Shown here in pieces: positions 32,259 to 42,750 of a stretch of 64,000 bases of DNA (positions are counted from its first letter, which is position 1; each line of letters opens with the position of its first letter). The notes beneath the pieces were generated by a model. The model was given only the letters and a program-made list of their open reading frames with translations. It ran no database searches and was not told the origin of the DNA. Source of the DNA: Candidatus Omnitrophota bacterium (GTDB lineage: Bacteria > Omnitrophota > Gorgyraeia > Pluralincolimonadales > Pluralincolimonadaceae); assembly GCA_003141835.1 (NCBI GenBank), contig PLNR01000005.1, positions 190,289 through 254,288 on the forward strand. Direction: 5' to 3'. The translations under genes were made by a program, and so were the position numbers.

Positions 32259-32981
32259 ATGCACCTCCTCGAAACGAAGGGCTTACAAAAGACGTATAAC
32301 CGCCGCCGCGTAGTCAACGGTGTCGACATATCGGTCAAACGCGGCGAGATCGTGGGCCTGCTCGGGCCTAACGGCGCCGGGAAGACGACGTCCTTTTATA
32401 TGATAGTCGGCCTGGTCGAGCCGGATAAGGGCCAGATATTCTTTGATAACCAGGACATAACCGGCCTGCCGATGCACAGGCGCGCCCGCTGCGGCATAGG
32501 ATACCTCGCGCAGGAGCCGTCGATATTCAGGAAGCTTACCGTCGAGGAGAATATCATGGCCATCCTCGAGACGCTCAAGATATCCAAGAAGGAACGCCGT
32601 AAGAGGCTCGAGATGCTTTTGGGCGAATTGAGGATATCGCACCTGGCCAAGAACTACGCTTATACATTGTCGGGCGGCGAACGCAGGCGCCTGGAGATTA
32701 CGCGCGCGCTCGTGACCGAGCCCACTTTTATTTTGTTGGATGAGCCGTTCTCGGGCATAGACCCGATAGCGGTGGCTGAGTGCCAGGAGATAATCTGTTC
32801 GCTGAGGGAAAAAGGGCTCGGCATACTTTTGACCGACCATAATGTGCGCGAGACCCTTTCCATAACAGACAGGTCGTATATAATGTCCGACGGAAAGGTC
32901 CTTATATCCGGCACCGCGGAAGAACTCATATCCGATCCGAAGGCAAGGCAGATCTATCTGGGCGAAAAGTTTAGGATGTGA
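32259..32981 (+). CDS. lptB: LPS export ABC ATPase
   Basis: [37 protein letters not shown]. Confidence 0.96.
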   Translation: MHLLETKGLQKTYNRRRVVNGVDISVKRGEIVGLLGPNGAGKTTSFYMIVGLVEPDKGQIFFDNQDITGLPMHRRARCGIGYLAQEPSIFRKLTVEENIMAILETLKISKKERRKRLEMLLGELRISHLAKNYAYTLSGGERRRLEITRALVTEPTFILLDEPFSGIDPIAVAECQEIICSLREKGLGILLTDHNVRETLSITDRSYIMSDGKVLISGTAEELISDPKARQIYLGEKFRM

Positions 32982-33044
32982 GCAACGAAGTTGCTCACCC
33001 TAAGAATGTTTCAGGAAGAAGAGGGTGATCGACTTTGTCGATTA
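32978..33044. repeat. Inverted pair of related REP-like hairpins
   Basis: GTGAGCAAC-GAA-GTTGCTCAC-CCT and AGGG-TGATCGAC-TTT-GTCGATTA. Confidence 0.65.
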
Positions 33045-33057
33045 ATAAGGAGGCAAC

Positions 33058-33615
33058 ATGAACGTAGTCATCACAGGCAGGCATTTTGACGTCACCGAAG
33101 GAATGAAGGCCCACGTAAACGACAAGATAACGAAGCTGGACAAGTTCTCCCAGAAGATAGTCGAGGCGCACGTCATACTCGAGGTCGAGAAATTCCGCCA
33201 CATAGCCGAGATCACCGTCATCGGAAAACAATTCAAACTGACCGCCACCGATACGACCTCGGACATGTATGCCTCCATGGACGGGGCGATCGCCTCCCTT
33301 GAGAAACAATTAAGGAAATTGCACGACAGGGTCAAGGAACACAGGGTAAAGGGCTCGGCGGGCAGGATACAGGAACTCGCCGTAAGGTCGATATCGGCCA
33401 TCAAGGGCGTATTCAGGCCGGCCAGGGAGAGCTCTGCGGGCCCCAGGATAGTCGAGACCCAGCGCGTCGCCGAGAAACCGATGTCGGTCGAGGAGGCCGT
33501 GGAGGAGCTGAAGATATCGAACAGCGAGTTCATCGTCTTCAGGAACGCGGACGACAACAAGGTGGAAGTAATATATAAGAGAAAGGACGGAGACTTCGGC
33601 CTGATTAAGACCTGA
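33058..33615 (+). CDS. hpf: Ribosome hibernation promoting factor (long HPF)
   Basis: ITGRHF, DMYASMD...LEKQLRK, KPMSVEEA, YKRKDGDFGLI. Confidence 0.93.
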   Translation: MNVVITGRHFDVTEGMKAHVNDKITKLDKFSQKIVEAHVILEVEKFRHIAEITVIGKQFKLTATDTTSDMYASMDGAIASLEKQLRKLHDRVKEHRVKGSAGRIQELAVRSISAIKGVFRPARESSAGPRIVETQRVAEKPMSVEEAVEELKISNSEFIVFRNADDNKVEVIYKRKDGDFGLIKT

Positions 33616-33616
33616 A

Positions 33617-34900
33617 GTGATCATTATGAAAGTAAAAAGTAAAGACCTTGAAGGTTCACGCAGGGGTTTCGAGATAGAGGTCCCGGCGGATGATATAAAG
33701 AAGAAATACGACGAGATCTACGTCGAGATGGAGAAATACGCAGAGGTGCCGGGATACAGGATCGGCAAGGCTCCCCGCTATCTCATCGAGACCCATTATA
33801 AGGATAAGGCCGGCGAAGAAGTGAAGAAGCGCCTCATCGGCGAGTCTGTGATGAAAGCGGTAAAAGACGGCGGCATCGATATGATCGGCATGCCGTCGGT
33901 CACGGAGATCATTTTCGAGGAGGACAAGCCGCTCTCGTTCAAGGCCGAGGTCCATGTGCGCCCCGACGTTAAATTGAAGAATTACAAAGGCCTTAAGGCG
34001 GCCAGGCAGAAAGCCCAGGTAGCTACCGAAGATGTCGATAAGGTCATAGAGGACCTGCAAGAGAGGCATTCCCAGCTTAAAGATGTCGAGGGACGCCCGG
34101 CGAAAGATAATGACTGGTGCCTTTGCGATGTCGAGATATCGGTTGAGGGCAAACCCGGCGAGAAGAACGAGAACGTCTGGTTCCCGCTTAATCCTAAATC
34201 CACGAAACCCGAATTCATGAGCCAGCTTTTGGGCACGGTCCCCGGCGACACGAGGACGGTCAAGACGATAATGCCGCTCAATTACCCGCGCAAGGAACAG
34301 GCCGGGAAAGAGGCGGTCTTCATAATAACGGTCACCGGGGTCAAGGAGAAGATAGCGCCGGCGATCGACGACGAGTTCGCCAAGGACGTCGGCGGGTTCA
34401 AATCCCTCCTCGAGCTGCGCGGGAATATCCGCGAAGAGCTCACGAAGGCGAAGGAGCAGGAGTCGAGGTTCAAGATGGAAGAGGAGCTCGTGGGCCAGCT
34501 CATCAAATCCTCGAATTTCGAGGTCCCTTCGATGATGGTCGACGCCGAGGCCGAGCACCTGCTGAAAGACGCGCAGGACAGGCTCGAGTATATGGGATAC
34601 AAGAAAGAGGATATCGCAAAGGAAGAGGCCTCGATGAAACAGAAGTTCCGGGACGAGGCGGTCAGGCGCGTGAAATCGTATTTTATCCTCGATAAGGTGG
34701 CAGAACTCGAGAACCTGGCCGCGGGCGAAGAGGATATCAACAAGCGCGTCGAGCTTCTCGCCGCGCGCGCCAAGAAGACCACGGAAGACGCAAAAAAATA
34801 TCTCGAGGAGAATAACCTGATGGAAGACATCAGGGCGGAGATATCGCAGGACAAGGCGATGGAGTTCCTGATCGAGAACGCGAAAATAGAGGAGGTCTAA
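33617..34900 (+). CDS. tig: Trigger factor
   Basis: [10 protein letters not shown] signature, FKBP-like middle, IDDEFAK; start may be ATG 33626. Confidence 0.92.
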   Translation: MIIMKVKSKDLEGSRRGFEIEVPADDIKKKYDEIYVEMEKYAEVPGYRIGKAPRYLIETHYKDKAGEEVKKRLIGESVMKAVKDGGIDMIGMPSVTEIIFEEDKPLSFKAEVHVRPDVKLKNYKGLKAARQKAQVATEDVDKVIEDLQERHSQLKDVEGRPAKDNDWCLCDVEISVEGKPGEKNENVWFPLNPKSTKPEFMSQLLGTVPGDTRTVKTIMPLNYPRKEQAGKEAVFIITVTGVKEKIAPAIDDEFAKDVGGFKSLLELRGNIREELTKAKEQESRFKMEEELVGQLIKSSNFEVPSMMVDAEAEHLLKDAQDRLEYMGYKKEDIAKEEASMKQKFRDEAVRRVKSYFILDKVAELENLAAGEEDINKRVELLAARAKKTTEDAKKYLEENNLMEDIRAEISQDKAMEFLIENAKIEEV

Positions 34901-34901
34901 A

Positions 34902-35510
34902 ATGGGAGACAGAGAACGGTCTCAAATGCTCGTTCCCATGGTAGTCGAGCAGTCAGGGCGCGGAGAGCGCGCGTATGACATCTATTCGAGGCTCCTTGTT
35001 GACAGGATAATCTTTATCGGCACACCTATAGACGATGTCGTTGCCAACCTTGTCATAGCCCAGCTGCTGTTCTTGCAGATGCAAGATCCCGATAAGGACA
35101 TCAGCATGTACATTAATACTCCGGGCGGTGTCGTGACCTCCGGGCTTGCGGTCTATGATACGATGCAGTTCCTGAAACCCGATGTCTGCACCTATTGCAT
35201 GGGGCAGGCGACATCGATGGGTGCCATACTGTTGGCCGCCGGGACGAAGGGCAAGAGGTTCGCCCTCCCGAACGCGCGCATAATGATGCACCAGCCATGG
35301 GGCGGAACGCAGGGCGCGGCCGCGGATATAAGCATCCAGGCGAAAGAGATATTGAGGATGCGCGACAAGATAGAAGAGATACTCGCCAAGCATACGGGCC
35401 AGTCGCTCGATAAGATAAAGAAAGACACGGACAGGGATTATTTCCTGAGCGCCGAAGAGGCGAAGGAGTACGGCCTGGTCGATGAAGTCATAAAAGGCAA
35501 GAAAAAATAA
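34902..35510 (+). CDS. clpP: Clp protease proteolytic subunit
   Basis: [27 protein letters not shown]. Confidence 0.97.
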   Translation: MGDRERSQMLVPMVVEQSGRGERAYDIYSRLLVDRIIFIGTPIDDVVANLVIAQLLFLQMQDPDKDISMYINTPGGVVTSGLAVYDTMQFLKPDVCTYCMGQATSMGAILLAAGTKGKRFALPNARIMMHQPWGGTQGAAADISIQAKEILRMRDKIEEILAKHTGQSLDKIKKDTDRDYFLSAEEAKEYGLVDEVIKGKKK

Positions 35511-35532
35511 TTTTATCCCCGGTCCATAGAAT

Positions 35533-37938
35533 ATGAAAAAAGAACACCAGATAAAAGAATCATTGCCGCTTTTGCCGTTAAGGGACATGGTCGTATTCCC
35601 CTTCATGGTCGTGCCCCTCGTGGTCGGGCGCGAGAAGTCGATCGCCGCGGTCGAGGAGGCCTTGTCCAAGGATAAGACCATCCTCCTTTGCGCGCAGAAA
35701 TCGGTGAAGGTCGAAGAGCCTTCACTCGACGACGTCTACCAGCTCGGCACCGTGGGCCAGATAATACAGTCGGTAAAACTGCCGGACGGCTCGTATAAAT
35801 TGCTGGTTGAAGGGATCTACCGCGCGAGGATAAAGAAGCTCCTGCCGGTAAAAGAATATATTAACGCCGAGATCGAATACGCCTCAGTGCCGGCCGAGAA
35901 GACGATGGAGGTCGAGGCGCAGATGCGCTCGCTGGTCAACCAGTTCGAGGAGTATGTCAAACTGAACCAGCGCGTACCTACCGAGGCGTTCGCGACTATA
36001 GCCAACATCCCGGACCCGGACCAGATGGCCGATACGGCCGCATCGTTCCTTACGATGAGGGTAGCCGAGAGGCAGGCGATACTGGAGATCGTAGACCCGG
36101 TCGAAAGGATAAAGAAACTCACCGAAGTCCTCAATTCCGAGATCGGCATCCTTCAGATAGAGAAGAAGATATCATCCACCGTCAGGAAACAGATCGAGAA
36201 GGCGCAGAAGGAATATTTCCTGCAAGAACAGCTCAAGGCCATCGAGAAAGAACTCGGCCAGAAAGACGACTACAAGAACGAGCTCGACGACCTCAAGGAG
36301 AAGATAAAACAGGCGAAGATGCCGAAGGAAGCGCAGGAGATCGCGATGCGCGAGGTCGAGAAGCTCTCGAGGATGTATCCGACCTCTCCCGAGGCGACTG
36401 TTTCGCGTAATTACATCGACTGGCTGGTCGCGCTCCCTTGGTCGGTCAGGACCGATGACAACCTCGATATAAAGAACGCCGAGAAGATATTGAACGAGGA
36501 CCATTACGGCCTCGAGAAGCCCAAGGACAGGATCCTCGAATACCTCGCCGTCCGCAAGCTGGTAAAATCGATGAAGGGCCAGATACTCTGCTTTGTCGGG
36601 CCGCCGGGCGTAGGCAAGACCTCGCTGGCGAAGTCCATCGCGCGGGCGCTCGGCCGCAATTTCGTCCGCGTCTCTCTCGGAGGCGTGCGCGATGAGGCCG
36701 AGATACGCGGCCACCGCAGGACATATATCGGCTCGCTCCCGGGCCGCGTCATACAATCCATAAGGAAAGCGAAATCGAAGAACCCGGTCTTCCTGTTCGA
36801 TGAGGTCGATAAGATGTCCACGGATTTCAGGGGCGACCCGGCATCCGCTTTGCTCGAGGTCCTCGATCCGGAGCAGAACTCGACCTTCTCTGACCATTAC
36901 CTGGAAGTGGAGTTCGACCTCTCGGACGTGATGTTCATCACGACCGCGAATTTCCAGGACAACATACCCCCCGCGCTGCAGGACAGGATGGAGATGATAA
37001 AACTTTCGGGGTATACCGAATACGAGAAGGTGAAGATCGCGCAGGGGTTCCTTATCCCCAAACAGATAAAGCTGCACGGGCTCAAGGAAGAATACATAAA
37101 ATTCACCGCGGACGCCATATTAAGGATAGTGCGCAGGTATACGCGCGAGGCCGGCGTACGCAACCTCGAACGCGAGATAGCGCGCGTCTGCAGGCGGATA
37201 GCCAAGGACGTCGTAAAGAAAGAGAAGGACCTCAAGCTCCGTCTTTCGGGACGCCGCATTGAAAAATACCTGGGACCGGTCCAGTTCACCGAGCCGAAGA
37301 AGGAAGAAAAGAACGAGATCGGGGTCGCGACAGGCCTTGCCTGGACCGAGGCGGGCGGCGATATCATCTCCATAGAAACTACCCTCATGACCGGGAAGGG
37401 AAAATTGACCCTGACCGGAAAGCTCGGGGAGGTCATGCAGGAATCGGCGCAGGCGGCGTTAAGCTTTATCCGCTCGCGCGCAAAGGAATTCGGCATCGAT
37501 GACAATTTTTACAAGAAACTCGATATCCATATACACGTGCCGGAGGGCGCGATACCCAAAGACGGCCCGTCGGCAGGTATCACGATAGCGACCGCGCTCA
37601 TCTCAAGTTTGACGAAGTGCCCGGTCAAGAAAGACGTCGCGATGACAGGCGAGATAACGCTCCGCGGGAAAGTCCTGCCGATAGGCGGGCTCAAGTCGAA
37701 GATGCTCGCCGCGCATATGGTCGGGATAAAGACGGTCATAATACCGAAAGAGAATGAAAAGGACCTCGTAGAGATACCTAAAAATATATTGAAGGACCTG
37801 AAAGTGGTGCCTGTCGAGTATATGGACCAGGTTTTGGAGATAGCGCTCGAGAGGAGATGCAGGAAAGCGCCGAAGGCTGCGCCTAAGAAGGCGGTTTTTA
37901 AGCCAACGGTATATCAGCGGTTACCTATACAAACCTAG
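35533..37938 (+). CDS. lon: Lon protease
   Basis: [29 protein letters not shown]. Confidence 0.97.
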   Translation: MKKEHQIKESLPLLPLRDMVVFPFMVVPLVVGREKSIAAVEEALSKDKTILLCAQKSVKVEEPSLDDVYQLGTVGQIIQSVKLPDGSYKLLVEGIYRARIKKLLPVKEYINAEIEYASVPAEKTMEVEAQMRSLVNQFEEYVKLNQRVPTEAFATIANIPDPDQMADTAASFLTMRVAERQAILEIVDPVERIKKLTEVLNSEIGILQIEKKISSTVRKQIEKAQKEYFLQEQLKAIEKELGQKDDYKNELDDLKEKIKQAKMPKEAQEIAMREVEKLSRMYPTSPEATVSRNYIDWLVALPWSVRTDDNLDIKNAEKILNEDHYGLEKPKDRILEYLAVRKLVKSMKGQILCFVGPPGVGKTSLAKSIARALGRNFVRVSLGGVRDEAEIRGHRRTYIGSLPGRVIQSIRKAKSKNPVFLFDEVDKMSTDFRGDPASALLEVLDPEQNSTFSDHYLEVEFDLSDVMFITTANFQDNIPPALQDRMEMIKLSGYTEYEKVKIAQGFLIPKQIKLHGLKEEYIKFTADAILRIVRRYTREAGVRNLEREIARVCRRIAKDVVKKEKDLKLRLSGRRIEKYLGPVQFTEPKKEEKNEIGVATGLAWTEAGGDIISIETTLMTGKGKLTLTGKLGEVMQESAQAALSFIRSRAKEFGIDDNFYKKLDIHIHVPEGAIPKDGPSAGITIATALISSLTKCPVKKDVAMTGEITLRGKVLPIGGLKSKMLAAHMVGIKTVIIPKENEKDLVEIPKNILKDLKVVPVEYMDQVLEIALERRCRKAPKAAPKKAVFKPTVYQRLPIQT

Positions 37939-37949
37939 GAGGGCAAGGA

Positions 37950-39116
37950 ATGAAGAAGAATTATCTTATGACGCCGGGACCGACACCTGTCCCGCCGCAG
38001 GCGTTGCTCGCGATGGCCGAACCGATAATCCACCACAGGACCCCGGAGTTCATGGAGATATTCAAGGAAGTCTGTGACCTTTTAAAATACGTATTCCAGA
38101 CCGGCAACGACGTCATAACGTTCACCTCCTCGGGCACCGGCGCCATGGAAGCGGCCGTCGCCAACCTGCTTTCGCCCGGCGACAAGGCAATATGCGTGCA
38201 AGGCGGTAAATTCGGCGAGAGATGGACCGAGCTGTGCAAGGCATACGGCATTACTCCTATAATAATAAACGTAGAATGGGGAAAAGCGGTCGACCCGAAG
38301 GCCATCGAGGCGGAATTGAATAAGGACGCAAGCATACAGGCCGTATTCACGACCCTTTGCGAGACTTCGACCGGCGTGCTGACTGACATAAAAGCGATCG
38401 CGCAGGTGACAAAAAGCCATAACGCGGTCCTCGCGGTCGACGCGATATCCGGCCTCGGGGCCGAAGATATAAAGACCGACGAATGGGGCATAGACGTCGT
38501 GATCTCCGGTTCGCAGAAGGGATTGATGATCCCGCCGGGGCTGGCATTCATTGCCTTAAGCAAGAAGGCCTGGGAGAAGGTCGAGAAATCGAAGTGCCCG
38601 AGATATTACCTGAGCCTTAAGAAAGCGAAGAAAGCCATCGAGGCAACGGATACTCCTTTCACCCCGGCTATATCGCTGGTCATCGCGCTGCGCGAGACGT
38701 TGAGGATGATGAAGAAGGAAGGCCTTGACGTAATATTCAACCGCCACAAGATACTGGCCCTTGCGACCCGCGAGGCGATGGAGGCGATGGGATTGAAATT
38801 ATTCGCCCCGACCGCCCCATCAAACGGCGTGACGGCCGTGCGCTTACCCGAAGGCATAGACGGCGAGAAACTCGTAAAACATATGAGGGATAAATACGGC
38901 GTGGGAATAGCCGGCGGCCAGGCCGAGCTCAAGGGCAAGGTCATCCGCATCGCGCATATGGGTTATATAACGGATACGGATATACTCATGACGATCGCCG
39001 TGCTCGGCATGGCGCTCGCCGAGATGGGATTCAGGGGCGAACCCGGTGTCGGGGTCGAGGCCGCCGAAGAAGTATTACTCGAAGGCCGGGACAGGGGACC
39101 GGTCGAAGCGGCATAG
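37950..39116 (+). CDS. Class V PLP aminotransferase (probable phosphoserine aminotransferase)
   Basis: MTPGPT, SSGTGAME, ETSTG, DAIS, GSQKG, RIAHMG; near serA. Confidence 0.85.
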   Translation: MKKNYLMTPGPTPVPPQALLAMAEPIIHHRTPEFMEIFKEVCDLLKYVFQTGNDVITFTSSGTGAMEAAVANLLSPGDKAICVQGGKFGERWTELCKAYGITPIIINVEWGKAVDPKAIEAELNKDASIQAVFTTLCETSTGVLTDIKAIAQVTKSHNAVLAVDAISGLGAEDIKTDEWGIDVVISGSQKGLMIPPGLAFIALSKKAWEKVEKSKCPRYYLSLKKAKKAIEATDTPFTPAISLVIALRETLRMMKKEGLDVIFNRHKILALATREAMEAMGLKLFAPTAPSNGVTAVRLPEGIDGEKLVKHMRDKYGVGIAGGQAELKGKVIRIAHMGYITDTDILMTIAVLGMALAEMGFRGEPGVGVEAAEEVLLEGRDRGPVEAA

Positions 39117-39143
39117 GGGACGTCCCATTTGGGGACACCCTAC
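39113..39143. repeat. REP-like bulged hairpin overlapping the stop codon
   Basis: TAGGG/CCCTA outer stem and GTCCC/GGGAC inner stem; shares TAGGGGACGT with 58610-58619. Confidence 0.55.
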
Positions 39144-39157
39144 AAGGAGAGTTTCAG

Positions 39158-39865
39158 GTGTCGAGTGAGATGATGGTGTTAGCCGCCACGGCGGCGTCAC
39201 TGGGTTTCTTTCACACGATAGCGGGCCCGGACCATTATGTCCCGTTCATAATGATCGCGCGCGCCCGGAGATGGTCTTTGTTAAAGACGGCCGCAGTCAC
39301 TTTTTTCTGCGGTATCGGCCATATATTGAGCGCGCTGGTCCTGGGCGTAATAGGCCTGGCGTTAGGCTTCGCGGTCTCCCGGATAAAAGCGTTTGATTCT
39401 TTGAGGGATAACCTGGCCGCGTGGTTTTTCATCGCCTTCGGGATCATTTATTTCACCTGGGGGTTGAGGCAGGCGGTCAGGAACAAGCCGCACGCGCATT
39501 TCCATCACCACGGCAATGAGGATGGGCACGCGCACGGCCATACGCATAACGACGGACATCTCCATGTGCATGATCATGGCAGCGAGGCGAACATAACGCC
39601 GTGGGTGCTCTTTGCGATATTCGTGTTCGGGCCGTGTGAAGTGCTTGTGCCTTTGGTGATGTACCCGGCGGCGAAGCACAACCTGATAGGCGCGATGTGG
39701 GTTACCATCGTCTTCGGCGCGGTAACGATCTTGACGATGATAAGTATCGTGACCTTATCGGCGGCCGGCCTTGAGCTGGTCCCGATGGGAAGGCTTGAAC
39801 GTTATACTCATGCTTTAGCAGGGTTGGCGATAGTCATCTGCGGTGCCCTTATTATGATCATTTAA
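39158..39865 (+). CDS. His-rich membrane protein, putative Ni/Co transporter (UreH/NiCoT-like)
   Basis: HTIAGPDH, GIGH, His-rich loop, GPCE, ~6 TMs. Confidence 0.7.
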   Translation: MSSEMMVLAATAASLGFFHTIAGPDHYVPFIMIARARRWSLLKTAAVTFFCGIGHILSALVLGVIGLALGFAVSRIKAFDSLRDNLAAWFFIAFGIIYFTWGLRQAVRNKPHAHFHHHGNEDGHAHGHTHNDGHLHVHDHGSEANITPWVLFAIFVFGPCEVLVPLVMYPAAKHNLIGAMWVTIVFGAVTILTMISIVTLSAAGLELVPMGRLERYTHALAGLAIVICGALIMII

Positions 39866-39880
39866 TAGGAGAGGACGAAA

Positions 39881-41464
39881 ATGTACAAGGTGCTCGTAAG
39901 CGACGCGCTGTCCGAAGAAGGATTAAAAGTACTAAGGGACGAAAAGGAACTCCAGGTGGACGTGAAGTTGAAGCTTGCCCCGGAGGAGTTGAAGGCGATC
40001 ATAAAGGATTATGACGCCCTCGTCGTCCGCAGCAGCACGAAGGTGAACAAGGATATCATCGAAGCCGCGACGAAACTCAAGGTCATCGGGCGCGCCGGCG
40101 TCGGCCTGGATAACGTCGACGCGGACGCCGCCTCGAAACGCGGCATCATCGTGATGAATACGCCCGCCGGCAACACGATATCCACCTGCGAGCATACATG
40201 GTCCTTGATGCTCTCGATGTCGCGCAATGTCCCGAACGCGAACGCCTCGCTAAAAGAAGGCAAATGGGACAGGAATAAATATATGGGCGTCGAGCTCTAC
40301 GGCAAAACTCTCGGCATCATAGGCTTAGGCCGCATAGGCACAGAGGTCGCCAAAAGGGCCATGGCTTTTGGCATGAGGGTCATCGCCTTCGACCCGTACC
40401 TCACGGTCGAGAGGGCCAATGACCTCGGCGTCGAACTCGTCGAAGTCAAAGACATAATACGCGAATCCGATTATATAACCGTCCATACCCCGATAACAAA
40501 TGAAACAAAACATCTCATCGGGGAAAAGGAATTCGACCAGATGAAGAAAGGCGTCCGCCTCATCAACTGCGCGCGCGGCGGCATCATCGACGAGAAGGCG
40601 CTCATCAAGGCCCTCGAGTCGGGCAAGGTCGCGGGCGCGGCCCTCGACGTCTACGAGGAGGAACCGCCGAAAGATTTCACGATGTTCAAGAACGAAAAGC
40701 TTGTGGCAACACCCCACCTTGGCGCGTCCACCGAGGAGGCGCAGGTCAACGTCGCAATAGAAGTCGCCAAACAGGTCGCCGACGCTTTGCTCGGCCGCGG
40801 CTGCAGGAACGCCGTGAATGTCCCGTGCGTCGACCCGGAGATATACAAGGTCATTCGCCCGTACATTACCCTCGCCGAGAAGATGGGACTTGTGGTCGGA
40901 CAGTTGGCCGATGCGAGGATAGCGGAAGTGAAGGTCCAGTATTCGGGCGATATCATCGAGCATGATCTCGCGTCGGTGACAATCGCCTTCCTGAAAGGGC
41001 TGTTGACGCCCATACTCCAGGAGACGGTCAATTTCGTAAATGCTTCGTTCATTGCCAAGGAACGCGGGATAAAGATCGTCGAGACGAAGACCTCGCAGGC
41101 CGAGGAGTTCGCAAACCTCATAATCGTCGAGGCGCAGACCGACAAGGGCAAGGTCGTGGTTGCCGGCACGCTCTCCCCGAGGAAGAACCCGCGCATAGTC
41201 AAGATAAACGATTTCTACGTAGAGGCCTCGACTACCGGGTATCTTTTGATACTCTCGAACGAGGACAAGCCCGGCATCGTCGGCCAGATAGGGACCGTGC
41301 TCGGCCAGCACAAGATCAATATCGCAGGCATGACGCTCGGCAGGACGAAGGTCGGCGGCCACGCGATGACGGTACTGAACCTCGATGAGGAAGTCCCGGA
41401 ACCGGTCATGAAAGAGATACGTTCGGCGAAACATGTGCTGGACGCCAAACTGATAAAATTCTAA
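39881..41464 (+). CDS. serA: D-3-phosphoglycerate dehydrogenase (long form)
   Basis: RAGVGLDNVD, GLGRIG, NCARGG, PHLGAST, C-terminal ACT domain. Confidence 0.96.
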   Translation: MYKVLVSDALSEEGLKVLRDEKELQVDVKLKLAPEELKAIIKDYDALVVRSSTKVNKDIIEAATKLKVIGRAGVGLDNVDADAASKRGIIVMNTPAGNTISTCEHTWSLMLSMSRNVPNANASLKEGKWDRNKYMGVELYGKTLGIIGLGRIGTEVAKRAMAFGMRVIAFDPYLTVERANDLGVELVEVKDIIRESDYITVHTPITNETKHLIGEKEFDQMKKGVRLINCARGGIIDEKALIKALESGKVAGAALDVYEEEPPKDFTMFKNEKLVATPHLGASTEEAQVNVAIEVAKQVADALLGRGCRNAVNVPCVDPEIYKVIRPYITLAEKMGLVVGQLADARIAEVKVQYSGDIIEHDLASVTIAFLKGLLTPILQETVNFVNASFIAKERGIKIVETKTSQAEEFANLIIVEAQTDKGKVVVAGTLSPRKNPRIVKINDFYVEASTTGYLLILSNEDKPGIVGQIGTVLGQHKINIAGMTLGRTKVGGHAMTVLNLDEEVPEPVMKEIRSAKHVLDAKLIKF

Positions 41465-41465
41465 T

Positions 41466-42746
41466 ATGGCAAAAAACATAGTCGTAGTGGGGGCACAGTG
41501 GGGAGACGAGGGCAAGGGGAAGATAATAGATATCTTCTCCCGCGATGCCGATTATATCGTGCGGTACCAGGGCGGCAATAACGCCGGCCACACCGTGGTC
41601 ATCGGCGACCATGAGTTCATACTGCACCTCATCCCGTCCGGCATACTCCATAAAGGCAAGATCTGCGTCATAGGGAACGGCGTGGTGGTCGACCCGGAAG
41701 CGCTCATAAATGAAATAGACAGCCTGCGCTCAAAAGGTATAGAGGTTGACGATAACCTTAAGGTCAGCGACCAGGTCCACCTTATATTCCCTTATCATAA
41801 AGAGATAGACCGCTTAAGCGAGCGCCGCAAGAAGATCGGCACGACAGGCCGCGGCATCGGGCCGTGTTATGTCGACAAGGTCGGCAGGAGCGGTATCAGG
41901 CTCGCGGACCTGCTCGATGACGAGCTCTTCAAAAAGAAATTAAAAGAGAATATCACGGCAAAGAACGAGACCCTGCAGAAATTATACGGCCATTCCGGGT
42001 TCTCATTTGACGAGATCTATAACAAGTTCGTAGAATACAGGAAGAAGATAGCGAAGTATGCCTGCAATACCACCATAATCCTGAACGAGGCGGTCAAGAA
42101 GAAAAAAAGGCTCCTGCTCGAAGGCGCGCAGGGGACGCTCCTTGACGTCGACCACGGCACGTACCCGTATGTCACGAGTTCCAACTCGACAGCCGGCGGC
42201 GCGTGCACCGGCACAGGCCTCGGCCCGTCAAAGATCGACAAGGTAGTCGGAGTGGTAAAGGCGTATACTACGCGCGTCGGGGAAGGGCCTTTTCCCACCG
42301 AATTCGGCCCGGACCTGATGGAAGTCATAAGACAGAAGGGGAAGGAGTTCGGCGCGACGACAGGCAGGCCGAGGAGATGCGGTTGGTTCGACAGCCTGAT
42401 AGTCAGGCACTCGGCGTTGGTCAACAGCCTCGATGCCATCGTGGTCACCAAGCTCGACGTCTTGGACGAGCTGGAGACGATAAAGATCGCGGTCGCGTAC
42501 AGGTATAAAGGAAAGACGTATAAGGATTTTCCGGCGAACATCGAAATGCTCTGGGATGTCGAGCCGGTTTATGAAGAGCTTCCGGGCTGGGGAGAGGATA
42601 CCTCGGGCGTCGGGAGTTTCTCCAAATTACCAACTAACGCCAAAAAGTATCTCAGGAAACTCGAGAGTCTCATAGGCGTAAAGATAGAACTTGTCTCTGT
42701 TGGTAGCAGGCGTGAGCAGGTCTTCAAGATGGGAGGAAAGAAGTAA
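41466..42746 (+). CDS. purA: Adenylosuccinate synthetase
   Basis: QWGDEGKGK, GGNNAGHT, EGAQG, GATTGRPRRCGW. Confidence 0.97.
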   Translation: MAKNIVVVGAQWGDEGKGKIIDIFSRDADYIVRYQGGNNAGHTVVIGDHEFILHLIPSGILHKGKICVIGNGVVVDPEALINEIDSLRSKGIEVDDNLKVSDQVHLIFPYHKEIDRLSERRKKIGTTGRGIGPCYVDKVGRSGIRLADLLDDELFKKKLKENITAKNETLQKLYGHSGFSFDEIYNKFVEYRKKIAKYACNTTIILNEAVKKKKRLLLEGAQGTLLDVDHGTYPYVTSSNSTAGGACTGTGLGPSKIDKVVGVVKAYTTRVGEGPFPTEFGPDLMEVIRQKGKEFGATTGRPRRCGWFDSLIVRHSALVNSLDAIVVTKLDVLDELETIKIAVAYRYKGKTYKDFPANIEMLWDVEPVYEELPGWGEDTSGVGSFSKLPTNAKKYLRKLESLIGVKIELVSVGSRREQVFKMGGKK

Positions 42747-42750
42747 TAAA

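Noticed and set aside
40325-41515. 396-aa minus-strand ORF and similar long antisense ORFs (33656-34558, 36172-37077, 49994-51079)
   Set aside because: Fully overlap well-supported plus-strand genes; expected from codon bias
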